A stretch of DNA of 64,000 bases from Polyangiaceae bacterium (lineage in GTDB: Bacteria; Myxococcota_A; Polyangia; Polyangiales; Polyangiaceae): NCBI GenBank assembly GCA_035439005.1, contig DAORJJ010000001.1, positions 182-64,181 on the forward strand, read 5' to 3'. Both the position numbers and the translations under genes were made by a program. This document shows positions 20,391 to 29,658 of the stretch, piece after piece. Positions within the stretch are counted from its first letter, which is position 1, and every line of letters starts with the position of its first letter. Under the pieces are notes generated by a model. The model was not told the DNA's origin, made no database searches, and saw only the letters and a list, made by a program, of their open reading frames with translations.

Positions 20391-21986
20391 TCACGGCGCC
20401 CCCAAGGCGCGGTCGAGCTCGGCGCGGAGCGCGTGGAACCGCTTGTGCTCGACCCTCAGCGCCGCGACCCAGCGCGCCGTGTCCGCCGTGGGGTCGCACG
20501 CGACGCAGGCCCGGACGAGCTGGGCTGCGTGGCCATAGTGACGGCGCCGCTTCTGCTCCGTGACGCCGGCCAGGCGGGTCTCGGTGGCCTCTCGCATGGC
20601 GAGGGCGACGGCGCGCTGGGCCTCGGCGTTCGGGATGCGGGTCACGCCCGCCGACTCCAAGAGCTGCTCGACATCGGGCGCGGCGAGGCGCGGCTCGTCG
20701 TCGTCCGCCGTCATCGCCTCGAGCGCTTCGAGGTCTATCCCGTGATACCCCATGAGCGCGGTGCGCTGCGACGGCGGCTTTTTCCCACCCAGCAGCCCCG
20801 CGAACAGCGAGAACAGCAGGGGGCCGGGGTGCTCGCCGTCCGACCACCCCAGTCCGGGCGACGCCGCCAGGAGCGCCGCGGCCGGCTCGATCTCCCCTTT
20901 GAGAAGGTGGAGGAACGCACGCTGCCGAGCCGCTTCTTTCGGGCACGCGAGGAGCGCCTCCGACGCCCGTCGCCGCAAGGCAGCGTTGGTGCGCGCCGAA
21001 CCGAGCCAGCGGCGAAGGCGCAGCATGGTGGGACCGGCGCGCCATGCACGCTCGAGCCACGCCGAGAGGTCTGTGCGCCCGAGGCGCTGCGCCGCCAGCG
21101 CGGCCCCGTCGAGCAGCTCGCCTCGCGCGTAGTCCTGGTCCGCCACGAGCCCGGCTGCCTCCTCGAACGCCGGAAGCGCGGCCTCCCAGTCGCCGGCGTC
21201 GACCAGGCTCGCGCACCACGCGCGGAGATCGTCGGCGCGCTTCGTGGTCCGCGCGATCTTCGCCAGCCCGTCCGATCCATCCAGGCGCTGGACGACCTCG
21301 CGGAGCCATCGGTCCTCGTCGGAGTCCCAGAGACGTGCGCGTCTTCTGGCCGGCCTCTGCTCGAGGAGGGCGCGCCAGGCGGGCAGAAACCCGTCGAGCC
21401 CGGGCAGCGGCTCCACGGCCACGCGCTCGAGCTCCCCGAGGGGCTCCCAGAAGTGGCCAAGCCCCCGCACGGCTTGGATCGCCGCGAGGACCGCGCCGGC
21501 GCGCTCTGCGGGAGGAGAGAGCATGTACGTCGACGCGGCGTACTGGGCCGCGCACGCGGCGGCGTCCGTGCCGAGCACCTCGTCGACGAGCTCGTCCTGG
21601 CCGAGGTCGATGTCCACGTCGGCTATGGGGAGCAACAGCGCCGCGAAGATGCGGTGGGCCGCGGAGTAGTCCTTCTGGAGGAACGCGCAGGACGCGCGGC
21701 GAAGGTGCTCGTCCACGTCGGAGGGCTCCGCGCGCCCGGCTCGCACCCCCGCTGTCGCGAAGGCGAGCGCGTCCGTGACCTCGTCGTCGCGGAGCGCCGC
21801 TGGCGCCCACCCGGAGCCTCCGCGCGCCGCGCGCTCGATCAGGGCATGGATCGCGCTGTTGCGAGCCTTGTCGTCCAGCTGGAGCAACATCTCGCGCACG
21901 ACCTCGCGCAGAGCGTCCGCGGACAACGCGGCGAGCGCCGAGGCGACGTCGCGTGCGGGCTCGGCAGGCGTCGATCGCCGTCTCAT
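20391..21986 (-). CDS. hypothetical protein (alpha-helical, ~530 aa)
   Basis: Long ORF with high GC3 and non-junk composition. The ATG at 21984-21986 is used as the start. I recognise no family. Confidence 0.45.
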   Translation of the reverse strand: MRRRSTPAEPARDVASALAALSADALREVVREMLLQLDDKARNSAIHALIERAARGGSGWAPAALRDDEVTDALAFATAGVRAGRAEPSDVDEHLRRASCAFLQKDYSAAHRIFAALLLPIADVDIDLGQDELVDEVLGTDAAACAAQYAASTYMLSPPAERAGAVLAAIQAVRGLGHFWEPLGELERVAVEPLPGLDGFLPAWRALLEQRPARRRARLWDSDEDRWLREVVQRLDGSDGLAKIARTTKRADDLRAWCASLVDAGDWEAALPAFEEAAGLVADQDYARGELLDGAALAAQRLGRTDLSAWLERAWRAGPTMLRLRRWLGSARTNAALRRRASEALLACPKEAARQRAFLHLLKGEIEPAAALLAASPGLGWSDGEHPGPLLFSLFAGLLGGKKPPSQRTALMGYHGIDLEALEAMTADDDEPRLAAPDVEQLLESAGVTRIPNAEAQRAVALAMREATETRLAGVTEQKRRRHYGHAAQLVRACVACDPTADTARWVAALRVEHKRFHALRAELDRALGAP

Positions 21987-22375
21987 CGCGACGCCCCCCA
22001 CCCGTCGTGGGCGCCGTTCACGCTCGCCTCGAGCCGCAGCGCGTGCTCCGCAGCCTCACGCGCGCGGGCCGGCTCGGCGCGGAGGTTCTGGTCTGCGGGC
22101 GTGTCGTCCGGTCGATGTCGACGCCGTTCTCCATGGCCCGCTCCATCATGCGCCACCGCCGTGGCGGGGACCAGACGGAAGGAGCGAGAGCGAAGTGGCA
22201 GCGCGCGCGCGGGATGGTGACGGCGTCGGCGCTCTCACGGGGGGGGTGAACTTACAAACGTCCGCCGACGCGGCGCGCCCGTGTGTCTCTCTCCCCACCG
22301 GCAGGCGGCGCTCGCGACGGTGGACGCTCCCGGCTCGGTCTGAGATGCTGACGACGCAACCCCCTGAGGTCCCCG

Positions 22376-22666
22376 ATGGAAGCGGGCCGAGCAAGATCAC
22401 TGAGCTTCCCGAACTTCGCGCTGCTCGACTCGCCGCTGCTTGTCTACGAGGAGCCAGACGCTGGGGAGTCGATGTTTCCGCAGGACATCAAGAGACACTT
22501 CTGGGAGAGCGTGAAGGCATCGTTCACCGACGCGCGGGTCATCATCGTCGAGCACTGCCAGCAGCTTCCCGGTGACGGTACGCTCGATGGCGTGAAGGTG
22601 GAGCTGTTCACCGGTAACGACCAGGGGCGGCGCGGCTTCATCCCGCAGCAGACGGCAGGCGCATGA
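22376..22666 (+). pseudogene. C-terminal fragment of a P-loop (ABC/SMC/DUF3732-like) ATPase
   Basis: Only ~96 aa remain. LLVYEEPDAG is Walker-B-like and ARVIIVEHC is H-loop-like. No Walker A or N-terminal body is present upstream. The surrounding DNA is noticeably lower in GC. Confidence 0.4.
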
Positions 22667-23736
22667 CCCGCAAGAAGAAGCCGACCCCCTCCCTCGTGCG
22701 CTCCTCCGCAGCCGAGTACCTCACCTTCGTGGCGGCCAGCGGCGCGGGCGGCGTGGAGGCTGTCTACGCCGACGAGAACGTGTGGCTCAGCCAGAAGATG
22801 ATGGCGCAGCTCTACGACGTCGAGGTCCCGACCATCAACTACCACCTGAAGAAGGTGTTCGAGGACAGCGAGCTGGGGGAGGACGCAGTTATTCGAAATC
22901 TTCGAATAACTGCCGCCGACGGCAAGACCTACGACACCAAGCACTACAACCTCTCGGCCATCATCGCCGTCGGGTACAAGGTCAACTCCGAGCGCGCGGT
23001 GCAGTTTCGCAAGTGGGCCACGCGCGTCGTCGAGGAGTTCACCGTCAAGGGCTTCGCGATGGACGACGAGCGCCTCAAGCGCGGCGGCTCCGTCCTGAGC
23101 GATCGCTACTTCGAAGAGCAGCTCCAGCGCGTCCGCGAGATCCGTCTGTCGGAGCGCAAATTCTACCAGAAGATCACCGACATCTACGCCACGTCGGTCG
23201 ACTACGACGTGACCGCCCAGGCCACGAAGCGCTTCTTCGCGACGGTACAGAACAAGCTGCACTGGGCCATCCACGGGCAGACCGCCGCCGAGGTCATCGT
23301 CGATCGCGCTGACGCGACCAAGGACCACATGGGGCTCCACACCTGGACCGACGCGCCCCACGGGAAGATCCAGAGGTTCGACGTGGTGGTGGCCAAGAAC
23401 TACCTGACGGAGCCGGAGCTTGCGCAGCTCTCGCGCCTGGTGAACGCCTACCTCGACGTCGCCGAGGACATGGCGCTGCGCAAGCTCCCCATGACCATGC
23501 AGGACTGGGAGGCGCGGCTGAACCGCTTCCTCGCCGCGACCGATCGCGAGGTGCTTCAGGACGCCGGCAAGGTGACCGCCGAGATCGCGAGGGCGCACGC
23601 CGAGAGCGAGTTCGAGAAGTACCGCATCGTGCAGGACCGCCTCTTCGAGAGCGACTTTGATCGCGTCGTGGCCGAGACCAAGCGCCTCGGTGAGGGCGCG
23701 GCGAAGGGCACGCCCCGCAAGAGGAGGAAGCCGTGA
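22663..23736 (+). CDS. rhuM: RhuM-family virulence-associated protein
   Basis: WLSQKMMAQLYDV...INYHLKKVF...IRNLRITAADGKTYDTKHYNLSAIIAVGYKVNSERAVQFRKWAT is the conserved RhuM core. Confidence 0.8.
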   Translation: MTRKKKPTPSLVRSSAAEYLTFVAASGAGGVEAVYADENVWLSQKMMAQLYDVEVPTINYHLKKVFEDSELGEDAVIRNLRITAADGKTYDTKHYNLSAIIAVGYKVNSERAVQFRKWATRVVEEFTVKGFAMDDERLKRGGSVLSDRYFEEQLQRVREIRLSERKFYQKITDIYATSVDYDVTAQATKRFFATVQNKLHWAIHGQTAAEVIVDRADATKDHMGLHTWTDAPHGKIQRFDVVVAKNYLTEPELAQLSRLVNAYLDVAEDMALRKLPMTMQDWEARLNRFLAATDREVLQDAGKVTAEIARAHAESEFEKYRIVQDRLFESDFDRVVAETKRLGEGAAKGTPRKRRKP

Positions 23737-23810
23737 CCCGCGGCGCGAGGACGGGGCGTTGTTCGCTCTTGACCCTGCGCCGCGTTTGGGGGTAGAAGAC
23801 CCGCAGATTT

Positions 23811-23886
23811 TCCGACTTAGCTCAGTTGGTAGAGCAGGCGGCTGTTAACCGCCGGGTCGCAGGTTCGAGTCCTGCAGTCGGAGCCA
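23811..23886 (+). tRNA. tRNA-Asn (anticodon GUU)
   Basis: Folds as a cloverleaf of 76 nt.
- Acceptor stem: TCCGACT/AGTCGGA.
- D stem: GCTC/GAGC.
- Anticodon stem: GGCGG/CCGCC, with loop CTGTTAA.
- T stem: GCAGG/CCTGC, with loop TTCGAGT.
- 3' end: discriminator G plus encoded CCA. Confidence 0.95.
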
Positions 23887-25126
23887 TGGTTACGCACACT
23901 TGCGGGTGACTTGGGCCGCTACCTGGTCCAAGCAGCCCGTCGAGCGCCGGGAACGGTGCGCCAACGGTCGCGCCTCGGAAGGTTGCTCCCACCTTGACGT
24001 ACTTGTCGGTGGTCGCCAGGTCGACGTGACCAAGCTCTCGCCGCAACGTGAGCGGGTCGACACCTTCGAGCACGCGCCACGTCGCGTAGGAGTCCCGCGC
24101 GCTGCGGAAGTCGGCCTCTTCCTCCGTGGCCGTCGAGGCGAAGAGCCTTGCCCTCGTCACGCCTGCTAGTCGGAGGTCGAGGCGGAACCGCACAGCGATC
24201 TTCCTCCACGAGACCTCAACGACGAGCGCATGCGCGGGACGGCGGCGCGTGAGAACCGCGGCAAGCTCGGGTCGGAGCGGCACGACGCGCACACCCTCGC
24301 TCGTCTTCGGCGCCTTCACCGCGCGCGTCTCGGGGTCCCATGCCTTCGTCACGCGGATGACGCCGGCGGCGCGGTCGATGTCGCCATGGGTGAGGGCCCG
24401 CAGCTCGTTCGGCCGGAGCCCGGTGTAGAGCGCGAGCGCGTAAGCGAGGCGGAAGTCACGATCGACCTTCTCGCACGCGAGCAACGCGGCGGCCTCGCTC
24501 GGGTAGAGCCACGGTCGCTCACGCGAGGCGCCGTCACGCGGCGGCAGGATGCCCACGTAGAGCGGCGACGAGTGTACGCGCAGCGTCCGATCCTTCGCGG
24601 CGTGCGCGGCCCTCATGGCGCTCGTAAGGGTCGACCACACGTTCGCGGCCGTGGCGCAGCGCATGCGGCCCTCGGAGATCGCGAGGTCGAGCGCATCGCG
24701 AACGTCCTCGAGATCGTCGCGGGTCAAGGTGGCCACGGGCTTCGCGCCGATGACCGGAGCGATCCACGTCTTCCACGAGCTCGCGCTCACGCGCCGGTGA
24801 CCTTCGCCGCATTCCTTCGTTTCGAGGTACCGCCCGAACCACGCATTCACCGTCTCGCTCGGGTGCGCCTGCTTGGTCTTGGCGGCCTCTTCGCGCTGGC
24901 GTTCGACCTTCGCCCTGAACACCACGCGCTCAACGTCCTCGCGCGCTTGGAGCCTCGCGATCCACTTCGCCGCGTCGGCTCGACTTACGCCCGCGGGTGC
25001 GTCGAGGCGGGCCGACTTGCTGCCGTCCGCCAGCCGGAGGCGGCCCACGTAAGCGATCGTCCCATCGGCGTAGCGGCGCTCTTCGAGGGTGCCCTTACGC
25101 GCTCCGCGCGGTCGTGCCTTCGTCAT
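23822..25126 (-). CDS. int: tyrosine recombinase (phage-type integrase)
   Basis: It has ALYTGLRPNELRALTHGDID, FRSARDSYATW, and LGHVDLATTDKYV with the catalytic Tyr. The reading frame only terminates inside the antisense tRNA, because the gene abuts att. The start is set to the ATG at 25124-25126. Confidence 0.85.
   Translation of the reverse strand: MTKARPRGARKGTLEERRYADGTIAYVGRLRLADGSKSARLDAPAGVSRADAAKWIARLQAREDVERVVFRAKVERQREEAAKTKQAHPSETVNAWFGRYLETKECGEGHRRVSASSWKTWIAPVIGAKPVATLTRDDLEDVRDALDLAISEGRMRCATAANVWSTLTSAMRAAHAAKDRTLRVHSSPLYVGILPPRDGASRERPWLYPSEAAALLACEKVDRDFRLAYALALYTGLRPNELRALTHGDIDRAAGVIRVTKAWDPETRAVKAPKTSEGVRVVPLRPELAAVLTRRRPAHALVVEVSWRKIAVRFRLDLRLAGVTRARLFASTATEEEADFRSARDSYATWRVLEGVDPLTLRRELGHVDLATTDKYVKVGATFRGATVGAPFPALDGLLGPGSGPSHPQVCVTMAPTAGLEPATRRLTAACSTN
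23864..23887. repeat. attL core (tRNA-Asn 3' end) of island 1
   Basis: The 24-bp sequence ttcgagtcctgcagtcggagccat is repeated exactly at 36567-36590. Confidence 0.85.
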
Positions 25127-25158
25127 GGTGCCCACCGTGTCTCTCGTCCTCGCTCCGG

Positions 25159-25461
25159 TCAACGTCGAGCGCCCGCACGCGTGCGCTTGGCGAGGGCGGC
25201 GAGCTCGTCGTGGGGCTCCCCGTGCGCGTCGTTCGCGACCTTCGGGGCCGCGTCGACCAACGCAAGGATCGCGCTCCGCTTGGCGTACGTCTTCCGCCCG
25301 ATCTTCCTGGTCGGGATCTCGCCGCTCGCGACCAGTGCGCGGGCGCTCGACACCTCCAAGCCGAACGGGAAGCAGACGAGCTCGTCGGGCGCCGTCGTCG
25401 TGGCTCCGAGTAGGTTCGCCAGTGCTCGCGCGAGGTCTTGGACTGCATCACTCTTGCTCAT
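25159..25461 (-). CDS. excisionase-like HTH DNA-binding protein
   Basis: 100 aa, located immediately upstream of int. ARALVASGEIPTRKIGRKTYAKRSAILALV resembles the excisionase/AlpA-type winged helix. Confidence 0.5.
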   Translation of the reverse strand: MSKSDAVQDLARALANLLGATTTAPDELVCFPFGLEVSSARALVASGEIPTRKIGRKTYAKRSAILALVDAAPKVANDAHGEPHDELAALAKRTRAGARR

Positions 25462-25599
25462 GTCTCTCGTCTCCCAGTAGGCCCGCCGTCGACGTCGAGC
25501 CCGGATGCTGGTTCCGAACCCGACGCCGAGAGCGCGCGGTCACACACTCATGGTCACGCTGCGCGAGCTGTCACGAAGCGCCGCCGCTCGCGTAGGTGC

Positions 25600-26436
25600 T
25601 CACTTGGCGGCCTCGGCCGTTCTGCGGGAAATCATCCTGTCCACGGACGTGCGGCGAGCCTCATACGCTCGCGCGATCTCGAGCTTCTCCGCGTGCTCCG
25701 CGGCGAGTCGCGCGAGCTCCTCCCTGTGCGCCTGCTCGCGCTGCGCGGCCTCTTGGGCGCCGACTTGGCGGGCCCTCTCGGCCTCCAGTTTCTCGCGCCG
25801 TGCCTTCTCCTCGCGCTCGCGAAGCTCCATCTCGAGTCGCACACGGATCTCGAGGGCGGCCGCGCGAACCCTACGAATGCGCTCGCCGTTGCTCTTCCTC
25901 GGTCTCGGGCCGTCGGTGAGGCGCGCGGCGAGGTGCTGCAGCGTCTCTCCCAGGTGGGCGCCGTGCGGTATGCCATGCGGCGCGGGGAGCCCGGCCGCGA
26001 TGCAGCTCTGCGCCTCGAGCTCGTGGGCGCGCTGCGCCTCCGCCATCGTGGTGTCCATGGCGGTCTGGAGCTCCGCCATCGCGGCGCGGTGTCTGGCGTT
26101 CTCCGCGTCGACGGCCGCGTATCCGGAGGACAGCGCCGAGTGCAGACGCGTCAGGCTCCACGGCGCGTCGGGGTTCGCCTGCGCGCGGGCGTGCACGAGC
26201 CGCGCCTCGGCCTCGGAAAGCTCTTGCTCGGCGGCGAGGGTGTCGCCCTCCGCGTCGAGTTCCGCGAGGCGGTCATCGGTGGAGATCGGCGCGCTGTCCT
26301 GCCGCGCGTGGTGCCGCGCCTGGATGTCCTGCCGCACGGCGCGCTCGGCGGCGATGGCGGCCTCGTGAGCGGTGCGAGCGGCCCGATAGGTTGCGGTGAG
26401 GGCGTCGACGTCGACGGGGTTCTTGGGGGTTCTCAT
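25600..26436 (-). CDS. hypothetical coiled-coil protein
   Basis: 278 aa with a charged heptad-like C-terminus (EMELREREEKARREKLEAERARQ). No family recognised. Confidence 0.45.
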   Translation of the reverse strand: MRTPKNPVDVDALTATYRAARTAHEAAIAAERAVRQDIQARHHARQDSAPISTDDRLAELDAEGDTLAAEQELSEAEARLVHARAQANPDAPWSLTRLHSALSSGYAAVDAENARHRAAMAELQTAMDTTMAEAQRAHELEAQSCIAAGLPAPHGIPHGAHLGETLQHLAARLTDGPRPRKSNGERIRRVRAAALEIRVRLEMELREREEKARREKLEAERARQVGAQEAAQREQAHREELARLAAEHAEKLEIARAYEARRTSVDRMISRRTAEAAK

Positions 26437-26445
26437 TGTTGGGTC

Positions 26446-26631
26446 CTACGGCGTGAAGTGAGCGTTGAGCGCCGCGATGATCTCGGCGCGGGTTGCGTGG
26501 AGAGGGAGCCCGAGGCGTCGACGGGCGAGCTCGAGCAGGGTGGGAGAGAGGGTGTCGGGCGAGGGCTCCGGCGACTTCTTGACGAGGCGCGTGGTGGAGC
26601 ACTTGCGGTCCCCGAATGGGTAGACACTCAT
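26446..26631 (-). CDS. hypothetical small protein (61 aa)
   Basis: The internal ATG at 26629-26631 gives MSVYPFGDRKCSTTRLVKK...LELARRRLGLPLHATRAEIIAALNAHFTP. The upstream part of the track ORF is Arg-rich junk. Confidence 0.35.
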   Translation of the reverse strand: MSVYPFGDRKCSTTRLVKKSPEPSPDTLSPTLLELARRRLGLPLHATRAEIIAALNAHFTP

Positions 26632-26636
26632 CGCGG

Positions 26637-26825
26637 TCACCCTTGCCTGTCGGTTTGGGCGGCGGCCGCCTCGAGGGTGGCGACGTGACCCTCCAGCGCC
26701 TTGATCTGCTCGTCGTGGGCGACGGCCACGGCGGAGAGCTTGTCGCCCAGCGCGGCGAGCGACTGGAGCAGACTGAGCGCGTCGGCGAGCGTCGCGGGCG
26801 CGGAGCCCGTAGCGGGCGCGCTCAT
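26637..26825 (-). CDS. hypothetical small coiled-coil protein (62 aa)
   Basis: ATG at 26823-26825 with an ATGA overlap with the upstream stop. Sequence: MSAPATGSAPATLADALSLLQSLAALGDKLSAV... Confidence 0.35.
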   Translation of the reverse strand: MSAPATGSAPATLADALSLLQSLAALGDKLSAVAVAHDEQIKALEGHVATLEAAAAQTDRQG

Positions 26826-27415
26826 CGGCCACCTCTGAGCGCTGCGGCGGCGAGCGACATGGCCTCGCGCTCCGCGCGGCGGCGGTCGAGTTGGGCGGCC
26901 TTGGCCGCGGCGGCCTTGCGATCGCGCTCGTCTCTCAATTTCAAATACACGCGCTCGTCGGTGCCGAACTCGCGGCAGTACTCGCGCTCGCGGGCCGTGA
27001 GCGTTCCGGGCGCGGGCGGCGCGTTCGCGGTGCGCTTGGTCAGCTCCGCGATCGCCCTCTGCACCTTCGCGGCGGCGACGGGGTAGCCCGAGACGAGACC
27101 GACGAGCGAGGCGCGTTGGGCGGGCGGTACGCTCGCGACCCACGAGACGATCGCCTCGTCGCTGAGCAGGTTCACGCGTTCGGCGAGGTCGCCGCCCCCC
27201 GCGGTCTTGGCCTTGCTGGCGAGGGTGGCGGAGCGGTGATCGATCGGCGGCGGTGTGTGTCGAGGTGCCATGGTGGCGGGTCCTTTCGGGATCTCATCGA
27301 GTCTCGCGACACCGGCCCCGCGACATGCGCGAACGGCGGCGGAGACGGTCTCGTGGTCGGAGTCGGCGGGTAGGCCGACGGCGAGGGCGTACAGGCGGAG
27401 GTCATCCGGGGTCAC
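26822..27415 (-). CDS. hypothetical protein
   Basis: GTG at 27413-27415 forms a GTGA overlap with the upstream stop. Composition is sensible from VTPDDLRLYALAVGLP onward. Confidence 0.4.
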   Translation of the reverse strand: MTPDDLRLYALAVGLPADSDHETVSAAVRACRGAGVARLDEIPKGPATMAPRHTPPPIDHRSATLASKAKTAGGGDLAERVNLLSDEAIVSWVASVPPAQRASLVGLVSGYPVAAAKVQRAIAELTKRTANAPPAPGTLTAREREYCREFGTDERVYLKLRDERDRKAAAAKAAQLDRRRAEREAMSLAAAALRGGR

Positions 27416-27924
27416 GCGGCCTCGCGGGCGCACAGCGCCACGACGGCGCGGAGCGCGAAGACGAGCGCGCGGAGCTCGCGACCGTGGATCGGCACGGGGG
27501 GCGAGCCATCGCCGCGCCCGAAGCGCAGGCAGATCCCACGCTGGCCCTCGTCGGTCGCCGTCCACACTCGGACAGGCGGCCGCGGGCCGGATGCGCCGAT
27601 CTCGACGTCGACGTCTTCCCCGGCCTCATGCCGGGCGATCGCCTCGAGTGCGGCCGGCGCGGTGTCGCCGAAGAGGTACACGGCACCCTCGCGCGGACAC
27701 GCCCGGCTCGTGCGGTAGCCCGCACGGACCAGCGGCCGTGCGCCGGGCGCGTGCAGTACCACGATCGTGTACGCCCGCGCGCCGATCGGCCGGAGGGAGA
27801 GGGTGGTCGAAGGTCTCTCGAGCGCGAGCGCGAACTCGGGGCGCGTGGCCGTCGTGGGCATGTCCTCGCGTGCGATGCGGGCGGTACGGTTCGGCCTGCG
27901 CGGCAGGCCGTCATGGGTGCTCAT
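27412..27924 (-). CDS. hypothetical protein (170 aa; third of three tandem genes with a related C-terminal motif)
   Basis: ATG at 27922-27924 with an ATGA overlap. The C-terminus reads HGRELRALVFALRAV. Confidence 0.4.
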   Translation of the reverse strand: MSTHDGLPRRPNRTARIAREDMPTTATRPEFALALERPSTTLSLRPIGARAYTIVVLHAPGARPLVRAGYRTSRACPREGAVYLFGDTAPAALEAIARHEAGEDVDVEIGASGPRPPVRVWTATDEGQRGICLRFGRGDGSPPVPIHGRELRALVFALRAVVALCAREAA

Positions 27925-28385
27925 GGTGTCCTCGTGATCGTGGTGAGTGCCCTCGAGAGGGCGTCGAGCTCCGCGCCCGCAACCGGTACGGGGCGCGGCC
28001 CGACGCGTAGGCGCTGGGTCGCGCGGATGCGCAGCGCGAGGCCGGGCTCGCCGTCTCGCAGCTCGGAGCGCACGCGCAGCGATCGGCACCCCGGGAGGTC
28101 TCCGTGGTAGAGCCTCATGTCGACGACGCGGCCGGCGCGAACGTCGCCGATGGCGGCGAGGATGACGGGGAGCCACGCGCGGTACAGGCGCAGCGGGTAG
28201 GTCAGTGCGCCGAAGCGGCGGTACTCCATGACCAGGTCTGCGCCGGCGCGCACGAGGGTCCGCGTCCAGCCGACTCCGATCTCGGGTAGGGCGTGGTCCC
28301 GCACCTCGGCCACGCGGGCCGGCGGCGGAGCCACGACGCGAAGCGTGTAGAACACCTCGGGTGTGTGGCGACGAGCGGCGCTCAC
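27921..28385 (-). CDS. hypothetical protein (154 aa; second of three tandem genes)
   Basis: GTG at 28383-28385 forms a GTGA overlap with the upstream stop. The C-terminus reads AGAELDALSRAL. Confidence 0.4.
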   Translation of the reverse strand: MSAARRHTPEVFYTLRVVAPPPARVAEVRDHALPEIGVGWTRTLVRAGADLVMEYRRFGALTYPLRLYRAWLPVILAAIGDVRAGRVVDMRLYHGDLPGCRSLRVRSELRDGEPGLALRIRATQRLRVGPRPVPVAGAELDALSRALTTITRTP

Positions 28386-28756
28386 GTGGCACCCCGGGCG
28401 TCCGCCACGGCGCGGGCGAGGGCGTCGAGCTCCTCGGCCTCCGCCCCGAAGCCATGCACGAGCACACCATGCTCGTATCGGCCCACGAGCACGCGAGGCG
28501 TCGAGTCCGCGATGATCTCGAGGTGCGCTCCGCGCGGACGCGGCAGGGTGGCCACGCGGACGAACGCGGGGCGGCCGCACGTTGCGATTGCGCACGCGAC
28601 CGCCATGTGGTCGAGGTCCTCGCCGCGCAGCACGTGCGAGGCGAGCATGCCACCGGCGCGGCGCACCTCTAGGCGCACGGTAGAGCCGGTGCGAGAGATC
28701 GTGCGCTCGACGTTGGCTCGCGCGTGCGTCGTCGTGGAGTAGCAGGTGCGGGTCAT
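28382..28756 (-). CDS. hypothetical protein (124 aa; first of three tandem genes)
   Basis: There is an ATGA overlap with the upstream stop. The C-terminus reads GAEAEELDALARAV. Confidence 0.4.
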   Translation of the reverse strand: MTRTCYSTTTHARANVERTISRTGSTVRLEVRRAGGMLASHVLRGEDLDHMAVACAIATCGRPAFVRVATLPRPRGAHLEIIADSTPRVLVGRYEHGVLVHGFGAEAEELDALARAVADARGAT

Positions 28757-29340
28757 GACGTGGGCTCCTCGGCCTCGGGCTCCTCGGCCGGGAAGTGCGC
28801 GGCCTGGACCGTCGCGAGCTCGCCGGAGGCCCCGACGAGCACGGCGCGGGCGCGGGCGAGGTGCCCCGGCTCGCCGTCATCGGTCGACACGAGGGCGACG
28901 CACGCGAGGGCTCGGCGTACGTGCTCCGGGGCGGCGAGCTCCGCGAGACACGCGGCGGGCACGCGGGCAAACACGACGTCGGCGCCGTCGTCGGCGGGCG
29001 CGTCTAGGAGCTCCGCGAGCCACTCGACCATGGGCTCCTCGGCCTCGGGCTCCGGCTCGTCGGCGGCCTGCTGCAGCAACGCCGCGAGGCGCGAGGCGTC
29101 GGCCTCCGACTGCACCGGCGGCGGCGGCGCTACCGGGCGGGCCATCGCGCGTACAGCCTTGCTCGAGCTGCGGACGTTGCCGCGGAGCTCCTGATAGCGG
29201 CGCCCGACCGTCGCGGCGCTGATGTCGTGGCCAGCGGCGCGGAGGCGGCGGGCCGTCTCGGGCGCGGGTACACCGGCCCGGCAGTAGTGCTCTAGCAGTG
29301 CTTCGCCGTTGTGCGACATCTTCTTACGTCGTGGTGCCAT
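28753..29340 (-). CDS. HTH-domain protein with acidic C-terminal half
   Basis: The N-terminal part, LLEHYCRAGVPAPETARRLRAAGHDISAATVGRRY, looks like a small-terminase/transposase-type HTH. It is the first gene downstream of the iteron region. Confidence 0.45.
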   Translation of the reverse strand: MAPRRKKMSHNGEALLEHYCRAGVPAPETARRLRAAGHDISAATVGRRYQELRGNVRSSSKAVRAMARPVAPPPPVQSEADASRLAALLQQAADEPEPEAEEPMVEWLAELLDAPADDGADVVFARVPAACLAELAAPEHVRRALACVALVSTDDGEPGHLARARAVLVGASGELATVQAAHFPAEEPEAEEPTS

Positions 29341-29658
29341 ATGCGTTCTTGTAATCCAATGTCCTACAGGTAAACCGATGTGATATGATGTGAGTTTGGG
29401 CCGAAAAACTCATCTGCCGCCGACAAAGTGCACCCGGAAGCCCCAATGTAGGTAGGTGTATACCGGGTGCATGATGCACTCATCGTGTGTCGGAATCGCT
29501 CCACGATGCCCCAGGAACGCCTTGCGGCCCCGGGGTGACACCTCGGGCCGTCCGGCCGGCAAAGACGCGCGAGGGTGGCAGTGGTGCGGCGCCCCCTCGA
29601 GTCCAGTCGCCTTCGTGGTGCAGGCAACTCCGGTCATGACGCCCGGGGTTGAGGGAGC

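Noticed and set aside
22002-22375. A 374-bp gap upstream of the 20391-21986 gene, containing a ~42-codon minus-strand ORF (MMERAMENGVDIDRTT...).
   Set aside because: The ORF is short and becomes Arg/Ser-rich after 15 codons. It has no motif, so it is most likely non-coding leader or promoter DNA.
22886-22912. A perfect 12-bp inverted repeat, CAGTTATTCGAA-atc-TTCGAATAACTG, inside rhuM. It is striking in GC-rich DNA.
   Set aside because: It encodes the conserved RhuM peptide AVIRNLRITA. The low GC matches the foreign origin of the gene. I have no evidence that it functions beyond coding, so I record it only as a curiosity.
23822-23886. The integrase ORF appears to extend through the tRNA (C-terminal ...MAPTAGLEPATRRLTAACSTN). 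A similar MAPTAGLES start appears on ORF 36345-36590.
   Set aside because: These residues are simply the antisense translation of the tRNA/att sequence. The catalytic domain ends earlier, at LGHVDLATTDKYV. They are not a separate gene or domain.
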